Shown in pieces: positions 9,026 to 19,875 of a stretch of DNA of 64,000 nt. The stretch is from the NCBI GenBank assembly GCA_002683405.1, contig NYTH01000008.1, forward strand, positions 54,040 through 118,039, in the 5' to 3' direction. Both the position numbers and the translations under genes were made by a program. The notes beneath the pieces are model-generated. The model was not told where the DNA came from and searched no databases. It saw only the letters and a list, made by a program, of their open reading frames with translations. Each line of letters starts with the position of its first letter. Positions within the stretch are counted from its first letter, which is position 1. This DNA comes from Salinisphaeraceae bacterium (GTDB taxonomy: Bacteria; Pseudomonadota; Gammaproteobacteria; Nevskiales; Salinisphaeraceae).

Positions 9026-10911
9026 CAGCGGGTGCCCTCCAGGCGGGCACGGGCCTGTAGCGGCGGCTTCTGCAGCAGATAGGCGTCAAGCACCTCGCGG
9101 GCAATCGGAGCGGCCACGGCGCCGCCGCCGCCGCCGTGCTCGATCAGCACCGCCACGGCAATACGGGGGTCATCGATGGGCGCGAACGCCACGAATAGCG
9201 CGTGGTCCCGCAGTTGTCGCTCAACGTCTTCCAGATCCGGGGCCGCCTGATCCTGAGCCAGACCATAGACCTGCGACGTACCGGTCTTGCCGGCAATGCG
9301 GTAGGGCGCATTCAGGGATATCTTGCGCGCCGTGCCGCGGGGATTGTGGACCACGTCTTCCATGGCGCCGATGATCAGATTCCAGTGGCCGGCGTCTTTC
9401 AGCGTGATGGCGGGCCAGGGCGAGGGTTGATTGAGCTGCCGGTGACCGCTGATGGCGTCTTCGCTTTCAGCCAGCACGCGCGGCCGCCAACCCTGGCCGC
9501 GCATGGCCAGCAGGGCGGTCATGTGCGCCAGCTGAAGCGGTGTGCTGGTCATGTAGCCCTGGCCGATGACGGTGTTCAGCGTCTCGCCGGGGAACCAGTG
9601 CACGTTCTTGCGGGCCCGCTTCCATTCGCGGGAGGGCAGAATGCCGCCCTTCTCGCGGGGCATGTCGATGCCCAGTGGTTCACCCAGGCCGAACCGGGCG
9701 CCAAAACGCGAAATGTTGTCGATGCCCAGGTCCATGCTCATCTTGTAGAAGTAGACGTCGCTGGAGCGGTAGATGGCCTCGGCCATGTTGACCCAGCCGT
9801 GGCCATCGCGCTTCCAGTCGCGCCACTTTCGCTCGCTGTTGGGCAACTCGAAATAGCCCGGGCACCACACGCGCCGGCGCGGATCGATGATGTTTTCCTC
9901 CAGCGCGGCCAGCGCCATCAGGGGTTTGACGGTCGAGCCCGGCGGATACTGCCCCTGCAGCACGCGGTCGAACAGCGGGCGTCCGGGGTGGGTCAGCAGC
10001 GCGTTGTAGTCTTTTTGCGTGATGCCGTCGATGAACGCTTCCGGGTCAAAGCCGGGCTTGCTCACTGCCGCCAGCAGATCACCGTTGCGGGGATCGAGCG
10101 CGACGATGGCCCCCTCGTTTTCTCCCATGGCGGCATAGGCGGCGGCCTGCAGGCGCGCATCCAGCGTCAGGTGAATATTCTGACCCGGGGTGGGGCGGTT
10201 GTATTCGAGTTCGCGCAGTGGCCGGCCCAGCGCGTTGGCCTCCACGATTCGCGAGCCCGGCGTCCCGCGCAGCAGGCCTTCATGCGCCAGCTCGACGCCG
10301 CTCTTGCCAATCTGGGATATGCCGCGATAGCTCTGCTCGTCGATCGTCTTGAGCTCCCGCTCGTTGATGGCGCCCACGTAGCCGACGACGTGCGAGGTCA
10401 GCTCGCCCAGCGGATAGTGCCGCCGCAGGCCGGCGCGGACCTCCATGCCGGGGAAGTCGCGGCGATTGACCTCGAAGCGGGCGACCTCGGCCTGCGTCAG
10501 GTTGAAGCGCAGCGGCACCGGCCGGAAGCGGGGCTGGCCGCGGCGACGCTTGTTAAACCGCTCCAGGTCGGTTGGCGTCAGCGCGATGTAGCGCGACAGG
10601 CGCTCCAGCGCGGCATCGATGTCCTCGACCTGTTCGGGAATCAGGTCGAGCCGGTAGGCGGGCAGGTTGTCCGCCAGCAGGCGGCCCTCGCGATCGTATA
10701 TCAGACCGCGCACCGGAGCGGCCAGCTGCACGCGCATGCGGTTATCGTCCGAGCGTGTGCCGTAGTAGTCGTACTGGAACACCTGCAGGAAGGACAGCCG
10801 GGTCACCAGTACGCCCAGCAGCAGCAGCATGATCACGCAGGCGACGGCGGCGCGCGAGATGAACACGGCGCGTTCGAGTGCGTGGTCCTTCAGTGAGCTA
10901 TCTGCTGCCAT
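9025..10911 (-). CDS. mrdA: Penicillin-binding protein 2 (elongasome transpeptidase)
   Basis: 628 aa. 'PGSTVKP' (SxxK), 'YRSSDVYFY' (SxD/N) and 'KTGTSQV' (KTG). N-terminal membrane anchor. Confidence 0.95.
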   Translation of the reverse strand: MAADSSLKDHALERAVFISRAAVACVIMLLLLGVLVTRLSFLQVFQYDYYGTRSDDNRMRVQLAAPVRGLIYDREGRLLADNLPAYRLDLIPEQVEDIDAALERLSRYIALTPTDLERFNKRRRGQPRFRPVPLRFNLTQAEVARFEVNRRDFPGMEVRAGLRRHYPLGELTSHVVGYVGAINERELKTIDEQSYRGISQIGKSGVELAHEGLLRGTPGSRIVEANALGRPLRELEYNRPTPGQNIHLTLDARLQAAAYAAMGENEGAIVALDPRNGDLLAAVSKPGFDPEAFIDGITQKDYNALLTHPGRPLFDRVLQGQYPPGSTVKPLMALAALEENIIDPRRRVWCPGYFELPNSERKWRDWKRDGHGWVNMAEAIYRSSDVYFYKMSMDLGIDNISRFGARFGLGEPLGIDMPREKGGILPSREWKRARKNVHWFPGETLNTVIGQGYMTSTPLQLAHMTALLAMRGQGWRPRVLAESEDAISGHRQLNQPSPWPAITLKDAGHWNLIIGAMEDVVHNPRGTARKISLNAPYRIAGKTGTSQVYGLAQDQAAPDLEDVERQLRDHALFVAFAPIDDPRIAVAVLIEHGGGGGAVAAPIAREVLDAYLLQKPPLQARARLEGTR

Positions 10912-11068
10912 GGTTCCAGGCGGGCGGCGCGCCCGTATTACGCGGTGATTCCCGGCGCCCCTCTGGCATCCGGTCGCGAGGGCCGGTCAGGGGCGTCATG
11001 GCGCCGGACTGTGGGCGCATTATCCATAGACCGCGCGTGGCCCGGCAAGTTGCTGAAAATCGTGCGAA

Positions 11069-11569
11069 TCAGTCCGAATGGCGCGGAATGACGCGATAGC
11101 CGGACGTGAACTCCAGGGCCAGGACCCACAGCGGCCAGATCATGGCGGTAGACAGCGCCGGTAACACCCGCCAGAGCACGCCGACCGGCCGACCGGTGAC
11201 GCCGTCGACCCAGAACAGGACGAACTCATAGGCCGCAAACGCCGGCAGCAGGAGCATGCTCTGCTGAGGCGTGGGAAAGTCGCGCAGCAGCCCGCGCAGG
11301 CTGATGGTGACAAAACAGGCCAGGGACAGCGCCAGCCCGTGCTGGCCAAACGGGGTGGCCAGGCAGGCATCCAGGAAAAGACCCCCGATCCAGGCAAGCA
11401 GGATACCGCCCTTGTCCGGCTGGGCCAGCGTCCAGAACACCAGCGTGATGCAGAAAAAGGCGGGCCGGGCCATCGACAGGGTTTCGGGCAGCGGCAACAG
11501 CTGCAGGAACAGCGCCACGATCAGACTCGTCACGATGGGCAGCCAGCCCTGTGTCCAGTCAAGATTCAT
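11069..11569 (-). CDS. mreD: Rod shape-determining protein MreD
   Basis: 166 aa and very hydrophobic. 4-nt overlap with the mreC stop. Position and length are typical of MreD. Confidence 0.85.
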   Translation of the reverse strand: MNLDWTQGWLPIVTSLIVALFLQLLPLPETLSMARPAFFCITLVFWTLAQPDKGGILLAWIGGLFLDACLATPFGQHGLALSLACFVTISLRGLLRDFPTPQQSMLLLPAFAAYEFVLFWVDGVTGRPVGVLWRVLPALSTAMIWPLWVLALEFTSGYRVIPRHSD

Positions 11570-12525
11570 GATGCGGCGTCGTCCGGGACCGACATGTCCG
11601 GCGCCGAAGCAGGCGTTTCGGGTCCGGCGTCCAGGGCAGGCGAGGCGTGTTCGGCCGGCTGGGCGCCGGGCTCGGCGGGCGGCGTATTGCGGCTGATCAC
11701 CACCAGCGCTTCGCGGCCACGGTTGAGGCTGGCCGTCGGCTGGGCCCTTATCGACAGGAATTCATCGCCGGCCTGATGGGCAATGCGGGTGATTCGCGCC
11801 ACCGGATAGCCGGCCGGGTAGCGTTCGCCCAGCCCGCTCGAGACCAGCAGATCGCCCTCGCGGATGTCGGTATTGACGGTCAGAAACGGCAGCGACAGCT
11901 GGTTGGATTTGCCCAGGCCCTGCGCAATGGTCTGCAGGCCGGTTCGATTGAGTTCAACCGGTATGCCGTGATTGGCGTCGGTAATGAGAATGGCGATGCT
12001 GTGAAAGCTGTGCGCCTGCACGATCTGCCCCATGATGCCGTTGGCGTCGATGACGGCCTGACCCACGTGAATGGATTCGCGCAGGCCCTTGTTGAGCTTG
12101 ATGAGCTGGCGGTAGGGGTCGGGGCTGGTGGCCAGCACCTCGGAAATGATGACGTCATCCTGCAGCTGCCGCGAGGACTGGAGCAGACTGCGAATCCGCG
12201 CGTTTTCGGCCTGCAGGGCGGCCAGCTTCTGCAGGCGTCCCCGCAGCAGGAGATTCTCTTCGCGCAGTTTCTGGTTGTCTTCCGTAAGACGCTCTCTTTG
12301 AAGATAATTATCGAAACTGGATGCCATTTCACCGGGCACGCTGGCGACGGCATCCAGCGGGTAGGTCAGGCTCGCCATCACATTGCGTGCCGGCTGCAGC
12401 GTGTCCTGGCTGCGGTCGAACATCATCAGGCCCACCGACGCGGCCAGGGCCAGCACCATGCTGATCAGCGGCGGCGGCCCCGATTCCCCGGAGGCGCCGG
12501 ATTCGTCGTGATCAAATCCGTCCAT
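11566..12525 (-). CDS. mreC: Rod shape-determining protein MreC
   Basis: 319 aa. N-terminal anchor, coiled coil ('ENQKLREENLLLRGRLQKLAALQAEN'), beta-barrel region 'GIMGQIV...VELNRTG' and a Pro/Ala-rich C-terminal tail. Confidence 0.9.
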   Translation of the reverse strand: MDGFDHDESGASGESGPPPLISMVLALAASVGLMMFDRSQDTLQPARNVMASLTYPLDAVASVPGEMASSFDNYLQRERLTEDNQKLREENLLLRGRLQKLAALQAENARIRSLLQSSRQLQDDVIISEVLATSPDPYRQLIKLNKGLRESIHVGQAVIDANGIMGQIVQAHSFHSIAILITDANHGIPVELNRTGLQTIAQGLGKSNQLSLPFLTVNTDIREGDLLVSSGLGERYPAGYPVARITRIAHQAGDEFLSIRAQPTASLNRGREALVVISRNTPPAEPGAQPAEHASPALDAGPETPASAPDMSVPDDAAS

Positions 12526-12651
12526 GAACGACTGGGAGTAGGGCGGGCGGTGTCATCGCGAGGAGTTGACGCGGTTCAAGACTGTCCGGTCAGCATAGGC
12601 GTGGCCCGCGCGCTGCGACAACCGCGCCGGACCCTGCCGCCGCCGTCGGCC

Positions 12652-13710
<1,059 letters not shown>

Positions 13711-13954
13711 TTATAAGCGTGACCGGCTTGTCAGCGCCGCCGCGTGGAAGATGGTTGTGTGTGCCCGGCCGGCGCGTCGCGCCGCGGCTGCCTGGCGGCC
13801 GATCCGCCCGGCATGCGCAGTGTGCCGTGGAATGCGCAAAAATGTTAGCCCGCCGGGCTTTATGCTACTTTCTGCGCCCGCCGGCCGGGCTGATCCGGCC
13901 CAGTCAGAAACCCATGACCCGGACGGCCTGATGCGGCCGCACAGGAGTGCTGTT

Positions 13955-14242
13955 TTGAGTCTGAGCGAATCCGATGTGGCCAAGGTGGCCCAGCTCGCCA
14001 AGCTGAAGTTGAATGAGTCGCAGGTGCCTGAATATGCGGCAGAATTGTCGGGCATTCTCGAAATGGTCGAAACGCTGGATTCCGCCGAGACTGACGGCGT
14101 CACGCCCATGGCGCATCCGCTTGACCTGAGCGCCCGCCTGCGCGCCGATTCGGTGACCGAAACCGATCATCGCGACGCGTTCCAGGCCATCGCGCCCAAG
14201 GTGGAAGACGGCGTGTACCTCGTGCCGCGCGTCATCGAATAG
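13955..14242 (+). CDS. gatC: Asp/Glu-tRNA amidotransferase subunit C
   Basis: 95-aa product if translation starts at TTG 13955, which has an AGGAG SD at 13943-13947 (7-nt spacer). 'VAKVAQLAKLKLNESQ' is a typical GatC N-terminus. The 204-aa ORF from 13628 is an over-extension. Confidence 0.85.
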   Translation: MSLSESDVAKVAQLAKLKLNESQVPEYAAELSGILEMVETLDSAETDGVTPMAHPLDLSARLRADSVTETDHRDAFQAIAPKVEDGVYLVPRVIE

Positions 14243-14254
14243 CGGGTGGTAGCT

Positions 14255-15718
14255 ATGACGGACGCATTGCACAGGGTTTCGGTTTCCACGCTGCGCGCCG
14301 GGCTCACGGCCGGCGATTTCAGCCCTGCCGAGCTGACAGCGCACTTTCTCGACCGTATTGAGCGTTTCGATTCGGGACTGAATACGCTGGTGACGCGCTG
14401 CGACGAGGGCGCACGCAGGCAGGCCGATGCCGTGGCTTCGCAAAAAGCTGAAGCGTTGAGCGGTATTCCCCTGATACAGAAAGATATATTCTGCACTGAG
14501 GGCGTGCGAACCACCTGCGGCTCACGCATGCTGGACCAGTTCATCCCGCCCTACCAGGCCACCAGCGCGGCACGGCTGGCCGAGGCCGGCAGCGTTTTGC
14601 TGGGCAAGGCCAATATGGACGAGTTCGCGATGGGCTCGTCCAACGAAACCAGCTACTACGGGCCGGTGCGCAACCCCTGGGATACCGACCGGGTGCCGGG
14701 CGGCTCCTCGGGGGGCTCGGCGGCGGCCGTGGCGGCCGGCCTGGCGCCGCTCGCGACGGGCACGGATACCGGCGGCTCGATCCGCCAGCCGGCGGCTCTG
14801 TGCGGCATTACCGGGCTCAAACCCACCTACGGCCGCGTGTCCCGCTACGGCATGATCGCCTTTGCGTCCAGCCTGGATCAGGCCGGCTGTTTCGCGCGCC
14901 GGGCCGAGGACTGCGCGCACATGCTGGGCCGCATGGCGGGGTTCGATCCGCGCGATTCGACCTCCGTCGACGCGCCGGTGCCCGACTACCATGGCGGGCT
15001 GCCGGCAGATCCGGGCATGCTCAAGGGGCTGAAGGTGGGTCTGCCGAAGGAGTATTTCGCGGACGGACTGGTTCCCGGCACCCGCGGCTGTGTTCAGGCC
15101 GCTATTGACGAGCTGGCCGGACAGGGCGCGGAGATCGTCGAGGTGACGCTGCCGAACACCGGCCTGGCGGTACCGACCTACTACGTGCTGGCGCCGGCCG
15201 AAGCCTCGAGCAATCTCGCCCGTTTTGACGGCGTGCGCTACGGGCATCGCTGCGAGCAGCCGCGCGATCTGGAGGATCTTTACCTGCGCTCGCGCGCCGA
15301 GGGTTTTGGCCGGGAAGTGCAGCGGCGCATCATGATCGGCGCCTACGTGCTCTCCGCCGGGTATTACGACGCCTATTACCTGAAGGCGCAGAAGACGCGG
15401 CGGCTGATCGCCGACGATTTTGCCCGGGTTTTCGAGCAGGTGAACATCATTGCCAGCCCGACCACGCAGTCGACCGCGTTCCGGCTGGGCGAGAAGCTGG
15501 ACGATCCGGTCACCATGTACCTGAACGACATCTACACCATACCGGCCAACCTGGCGGGGTTGCCGGGGATTTCGGTGCCGGCCGGGTTCGATCAGGGGCT
15601 GCCGGTCGGGCTGCAACTGCTCGCGCCGTGGTTCGCCGAACAGCAACTGCTGAACGTTGCCCACGCTTATCAGCTGCTGACCGACTGGCACCTGCAATGG
15701 CCGGAGGCATACGCATGA
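14255..15718 (+). CDS. gatA: Asp/Glu-tRNA amidotransferase subunit A (amidase signature enzyme)
   Basis: Amidase signature '[14 protein letters not shown]...[12 protein letters not shown]'. ATG 14255 is preferred over the in-frame GTG at 14246. The stop overlaps the gatB ATG (ATGA). Confidence 0.95.
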   Translation: MTDALHRVSVSTLRAGLTAGDFSPAELTAHFLDRIERFDSGLNTLVTRCDEGARRQADAVASQKAEALSGIPLIQKDIFCTEGVRTTCGSRMLDQFIPPYQATSAARLAEAGSVLLGKANMDEFAMGSSNETSYYGPVRNPWDTDRVPGGSSGGSAAAVAAGLAPLATGTDTGGSIRQPAALCGITGLKPTYGRVSRYGMIAFASSLDQAGCFARRAEDCAHMLGRMAGFDPRDSTSVDAPVPDYHGGLPADPGMLKGLKVGLPKEYFADGLVPGTRGCVQAAIDELAGQGAEIVEVTLPNTGLAVPTYYVLAPAEASSNLARFDGVRYGHRCEQPRDLEDLYLRSRAEGFGREVQRRIMIGAYVLSAGYYDAYYLKAQKTRRLIADDFARVFEQVNIIASPTTQSTAFRLGEKLDDPVTMYLNDIYTIPANLAGLPGISVPAGFDQGLPVGLQLLAPWFAEQQLLNVAHAYQLLTDWHLQWPEAYA

Positions 15719-17172
15719 GCACCGCCTGGGAGACGGTTATCGGGCTGGAGGTACACATCCAGTTGAATACGCAGAGCAAGATATTTTCCGGCTCGAGCAC
15801 GGCCTACGGCGCCGCGGCCAACAGCCAGGCCAGCGCGGTTGATCTGGGCATGCCCGGGGTGTTGCCGGTGATCAACGCCGAAGTCATCCGCAAGGCGGCG
15901 CTGTTCGGCCTGGCCATTGACGCGGCGGTGGCGCCGCAGTCGATTTTCGCGCGCAAGCACTATTTCTACCCGGACCTGCCCAAGGGCTATCAGATCAGTC
16001 AGTACGAGCTGCCGATCGTCTCCGGTGGGCATCTGGATGTGGAAACCGCGGCGCTGGGCAAGCGGCGTATCGGGATTACGCGGGCCCATCTGGAGGAAGA
16101 TGCCGGTAAATCGCTGCACGAGGATTATGCCGGGCAGACGGGCATCGACCTCAACCGCGCCGGCACACCGCTGATCGAGTGCGTATCCGAGCCCGAAATC
16201 GCGTCGGCGGCGGAAGCCGCTGCCTATGCGCGCAAGCTGCACGCATTGGTCTGCTATCTGGGCATCTGTGACGGCAACATGCAGGAGGGCTCGTTTCGCG
16301 TGGACGCCAATGTGTCCGTGCGACGCCGCGGCGAAACCACGTTCGGCACGCGCACCGAAACCAAGAACCTGAATTCCTTCCGCTTTCTGGAAAAGGCCAT
16401 CGAGTACGAAATCGAGCGCCAGATCGACGTGATCGAAGGCGGCGGCCAGATCGTGCAGGAAACCCGCCTGTACGACCCGGATACGGGCGAAACCCGCGCC
16501 ATGCGCAGCAAGGAAGAAGCCCACGACTACCGCTATTTCCCCGACCCCGATCTGCTCCCGGTGGTTATCGAGCCGGCGTTCCTGGACGAGCTGAAATCCG
16601 GTCTGCCCGAGCTGCCGGATGCGCGGCGCGCGCGGTTTGAACAGACCTTGGCGCTGGACGCCGATAGCGCGGCGCTACTGACGTCAACCCGCGCTACCGC
16701 AGACTATTTCGAGGCGGTACTCGCCTCGGCAGGCGGCGCAACGCCGGAGCGCGCGAGGCTGGCCGCCAACTGGATCAACGGCGAGCTGGCCGCGGCCCTC
16801 AATCGTGACGACCTGGCCATTCAGGCGTCACGCGTTGCGCCGGCGCAGCTGGCCGGCCTGCTGCTGCGGATCGAGGACAATACCGTGTCAGGCAACGCGG
16901 CCAAGTCCGTATTTGAAGGGCTGTGGCAAGGCGAGGCCGACGCGGCGGATGCCATCATCGAGGCCCGGGGTCTGAAGCAGATCACGGACAGCTCGGCCAT
17001 CGAGCAGTTCGTCGACGAAGTGATCGAGAGCAACCCCGAGCAGGTGGAGCAATACCGCAGCGGCAAGACCAAGGTGCTGGGCTTTCTGGTCGGCCAGGTG
17101 ATGAAGGCGTCGAAAGGCAAGGCCAAGCCGCAGGACGTCAGCCGGCTCATGCAGGAGAAGCTGGATACATGA
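15715..17172 (+). CDS. gatB: Asp/Glu-tRNA amidotransferase subunit B
   Basis: Starts [17 protein letters not shown], the canonical GatB N-terminus. '[10 protein letters not shown]' and a C-terminal YqeY-like tail are present. Confidence 0.95.
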   Translation: MSTAWETVIGLEVHIQLNTQSKIFSGSSTAYGAAANSQASAVDLGMPGVLPVINAEVIRKAALFGLAIDAAVAPQSIFARKHYFYPDLPKGYQISQYELPIVSGGHLDVETAALGKRRIGITRAHLEEDAGKSLHEDYAGQTGIDLNRAGTPLIECVSEPEIASAAEAAAYARKLHALVCYLGICDGNMQEGSFRVDANVSVRRRGETTFGTRTETKNLNSFRFLEKAIEYEIERQIDVIEGGGQIVQETRLYDPDTGETRAMRSKEEAHDYRYFPDPDLLPVVIEPAFLDELKSGLPELPDARRARFEQTLALDADSAALLTSTRATADYFEAVLASAGGATPERARLAANWINGELAAALNRDDLAIQASRVAPAQLAGLLLRIEDNTVSGNAAKSVFEGLWQGEADAADAIIEARGLKQITDSSAIEQFVDEVIESNPEQVEQYRSGKTKVLGFLVGQVMKASKGKAKPQDVSRLMQEKLDT

Positions 17173-17732
17173 AACAGGTAATTCGCCGGAAGGATCGCGG
17201 CTACCGGGCCGCCGGGCGGGGCCTTGTAAGCCTCATGCTGGTGCTGGCCCTCGGGCTGTCCGGCTGCGCCTACAAGCGCTACCGGGATGCGGCGCCGCCG
17301 CAGATTTCGGTGGCCAACATCGCGCTGGCCGGGGTATCCATTTTCGAGCAGAAATTCAGCGTTGATCTGCGCATGCGCAATCCCAACGACTTCGCGCTGC
17401 CGGTCCGGGGGATGGAGTACAAGCTGCGACTGAACGGCATCGATTTCGCTACCGGCGTCAGCCCCTCGCCGGTGACGCTGCCGGCCTACGGGGAACAGGT
17501 GGTGAGCGTGGCGGTCTACAGCAATGTACTGAACAGCCTGACCCGGCTGCAGGAACTCACGCGCGGCAGTGCCGAGGCGCTGCCCTATGAAGTAGTCGGC
17601 CACCTGAAGCTCGAGAAGATGCCGGTCAGGATTCCTTTCCGCTACGCCGGGCAGTTCGATGTTTCCCGGTTTCTGGGCACCCCGGGCGAGGGTGGGGAGT
17701 TGAAGATCAATGAGCGCACGCAGACCCCCTAA
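17169..17732 (+). CDS. LEA_2 / Lea14-like (water-stress/hypersensitive-response domain) lipoprotein
   Basis: ATG overlaps the gatB stop (ATGA). Lipobox 'LGLSGCA'. '[28 protein letters not shown]' matches the LEA type-2 beta-sandwich pattern. Confidence 0.7.
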   Translation: MKQVIRRKDRGYRAAGRGLVSLMLVLALGLSGCAYKRYRDAAPPQISVANIALAGVSIFEQKFSVDLRMRNPNDFALPVRGMEYKLRLNGIDFATGVSPSPVTLPAYGEQVVSVAVYSNVLNSLTRLQELTRGSAEALPYEVVGHLKLEKMPVRIPFRYAGQFDVSRFLGTPGEGGELKINERTQTP

Positions 17733-18444
17733 TCGCGGCTCAGGCGCCGTCCCGGCGCTTGTGCTCGGCCTGCTGCTGGCCGCCGGGTTGGCCGGGCTGG
17801 GCTATTTTCTGGCGGACGCCCTGCAAAGCATCCGTGGCGCCGAGCGGACCGTCCAGGTCAAGGGTCTCGCCGAACGGGAAGTGCCAGCGGACCTGGCGCT
17901 GTGGTCGGTGAGTTTCGTGACCACCGGGGACACGCTGGACGCCCTGCACAGGCAGCTCGAGAAGGACGCCGCATCGGTCATGAAGTATCTGGCCGAGCAG
18001 GGCTTTGCCGACGAAGAGGTAGTGCGGGCCGCCCCCGAGATCACGGATCGCCAGGCGCAGAACTACAACAGCAGCGTGCGCGGGCCGCGCTATCAGGCGC
18101 AGTCGGTCATGCTGGTACGGACGCCCAAGGTCGATGCCGTGCGTGCGGCGCAGCAGAATGCCGACGAGCTGGTTGGCCGCGGCGTCACCCTGAACCGGAA
18201 CTACGAATATCCCACCGAGTATCTGTTCACGGCGCTAAACGACATCAAGCCGGAGATGATTGCGCAGGCCACCCGCAGTGCCCGTGAGGCGGCCGAGCAG
18301 TTCGCCAGCGATTCCGGGTCGGCGGTGGGCGCCATCAAGCAGGCGCGGCAGGGCTACTTTTCGATCGAAGATCGCGACCGCCTGTCACCGCACATCAAAC
18401 GCATCAGAGTGGTGACGACGGTCGACTACTTCCTGGTCGACTGA
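17710..18444 (+). CDS. SIMPL-domain (DUF541) envelope protein
   Basis: 244 aa with an N-terminal anchor. 'VQVKGLAEREVPADLALWSV' and 'QGYFSIEDRD...IRVVTTVDYFL' resemble the SIMPL/26-kDa periplasmic immunogenic protein family. 23-nt overlap with the preceding gene. Confidence 0.78.
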   Translation: MSARRPPNRGSGAVPALVLGLLLAAGLAGLGYFLADALQSIRGAERTVQVKGLAEREVPADLALWSVSFVTTGDTLDALHRQLEKDAASVMKYLAEQGFADEEVVRAAPEITDRQAQNYNSSVRGPRYQAQSVMLVRTPKVDAVRAAQQNADELVGRGVTLNRNYEYPTEYLFTALNDIKPEMIAQATRSAREAAEQFASDSGSAVGAIKQARQGYFSIEDRDRLSPHIKRIRVVTTVDYFLVD

Positions 18445-18474
18445 ATTCATGCAGCAGGCCGCAAGGCGCCGAAC

Positions 18475-18888
18475 ATGCAGCAGAGTCTGACTTTTCAAAC
18501 CCCGGGCAGGAGCACCCTCGACATTACCGCCGAGGTGGCCCGCGTGGTGGCTGATGCCGGGATTGATGCCGGGCTATGCCACGTCTTTGTCCGGCATACC
18601 AGTGCCTCGCTGATGATCTGCGAAAACGCCGACCCCGATGTGCGGGATGATCTGGAGCGCTGGCTGGCGCGGGCCGTGGTGGATGGCGATCCGATGTTCC
18701 GCCACGACACGGAAGGCCCCGACGACATGGCCGCGCACGTGCGCAGTATTCTGACCGGCATGGACCTGACCATCCCCGTAACTGGCGGCGCGCTGAATCT
18801 GGGGACCTGGCAAGGCGTCTATTTGTACGAGCACCGCAGCGCGCCGCATCAGCGCGAGGTGGTCGTCACGCTCAGTCGCGCCGGCTGA
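18475..18888 (+). CDS. yjbQ: YjbQ/UPF0047-family protein (secondary thiamine-phosphate synthase-like)
   Basis: 137 aa with 'HTSASLMICENADPDVRDDLE', 'GPDDMAAHVRS' and 'GTWQGVYLYEHR', characteristic UPF0047 motifs. Confidence 0.85.
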   Translation: MQQSLTFQTPGRSTLDITAEVARVVADAGIDAGLCHVFVRHTSASLMICENADPDVRDDLERWLARAVVDGDPMFRHDTEGPDDMAAHVRSILTGMDLTIPVTGGALNLGTWQGVYLYEHRSAPHQREVVVTLSRAG

Positions 18889-18903
18889 ACCGGCCGCCGA
18901 CCA

Positions 18904-19860
18904 TCAGGGGCGCCAGAGGGTTCGCCCTTCGATATACCGGACACCCTGATTCGTATTCACCGGGATCCGCCACGTGGCCACGGTCTTCTCGACCTGGCCA
19001 CCCGGTTTGCCGCTGGAAGGCTGGACTCTGGGGTCGGCCCAGCCGAATCCGCCGGCGGTCGAGATGATGGTCCAGCGTTCGGGCTTGTCGTCCGGCGCAC
19101 GGTAGGGCACCACGGTATCGACCGGGGCCGCCTGCTTCCAGGTTCGGCTGGCGCTGTTGACAATGGCCTTGCTCGGCAGGAAACGCAGGAATTTCTCGCC
19201 GTTGAGGCCATCGACCGTGAACTTGTCGTTGCCGCGGTTATGGATGAACAGGCCGGGGCGGGGGCCGGCCATCGGGTGAACCGTGACGGCTTCCATGTCC
19301 AGCGACTGTTTGTCGATGATCACTTCGTAGAGTCCATCCGGCGCCGGGGTATGGACGAAATCCCCGGTCAGGGCCGCGCGCGTGTTGCCCAGCTGCACTG
19401 GTATGGACCAGCGGCCCACGGGGCCGGCCGAGGATGACCCGGCCGCCTCGGGCACCCGCAGTCTCGTATCGAACCAGCCCCAGGTGGGCGCCTCGTTCAT
19501 CGGATGCCAGCGCGCGGGTCCGTGGGCGTTATTGGGCAGCGGCTGGTCATCGGCGTACCGGCTGAGGTGGAATGCCGGGCGGGCGTAGTTGGCCTTGACG
19601 TCCTGCGGACCGATGCTGAGAAACGGCTCGCCCTCGTTGTCCAGAATCAGCAGCGGGTCATTGGTCAGGTTGAATACCGTGATCTGCGGATGAACCGTCT
19701 GGCGCAATTCAACCAGAATGCCGTCCAGACTGGCGGGCACCGGGTCCAGATTGGGCCGCACGGTGTATTCGCTGCGATCCGCGGCGGCGACGGGCAGGCA
19801 GAGCAGTGCCAGCAGCAAACCGGCAAGCCTTGATTTCATTGAGGCGGAGGTGGACATCAT
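18904..19860 (-). CDS. Secreted protein of unknown function
   Basis: 318-aa ORF with a signal peptide ('MKSRLAGLLLALLCLPVAAA'), 16 nt downstream of purH. No family recognised. The start could instead be the internal MKS at 19839. Confidence 0.6.
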   Translation of the reverse strand: MMSTSASMKSRLAGLLLALLCLPVAAADRSEYTVRPNLDPVPASLDGILVELRQTVHPQITVFNLTNDPLLILDNEGEPFLSIGPQDVKANYARPAFHLSRYADDQPLPNNAHGPARWHPMNEAPTWGWFDTRLRVPEAAGSSSAGPVGRWSIPVQLGNTRAALTGDFVHTPAPDGLYEVIIDKQSLDMEAVTVHPMAGPRPGLFIHNRGNDKFTVDGLNGEKFLRFLPSKAIVNSASRTWKQAAPVDTVVPYRAPDDKPERWTIISTAGGFGWADPRVQPSSGKPGGQVEKTVATWRIPVNTNQGVRYIEGRTLWRP

Positions 19861-19875
19861 CTCGTTGGACTCCCG

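Noticed and set aside
10912-11068. Intergenic regions screened by eye for tRNA, small RNA or riboswitch signatures. These are 10912-11068, 12526-12651, 13681-13954, 35418-35544, 38994-39155, 43125-43331, 43902-44019, 58574-58695 and 60690-60864.
   Set aside because: I recognised no cloverleaf-compatible segments, conserved riboswitch cores (TPP, SAM, cobalamin, glycine and so on) or repeated REP-like elements. Promoter -35/-10 candidates were too weak to report without a computational scan.
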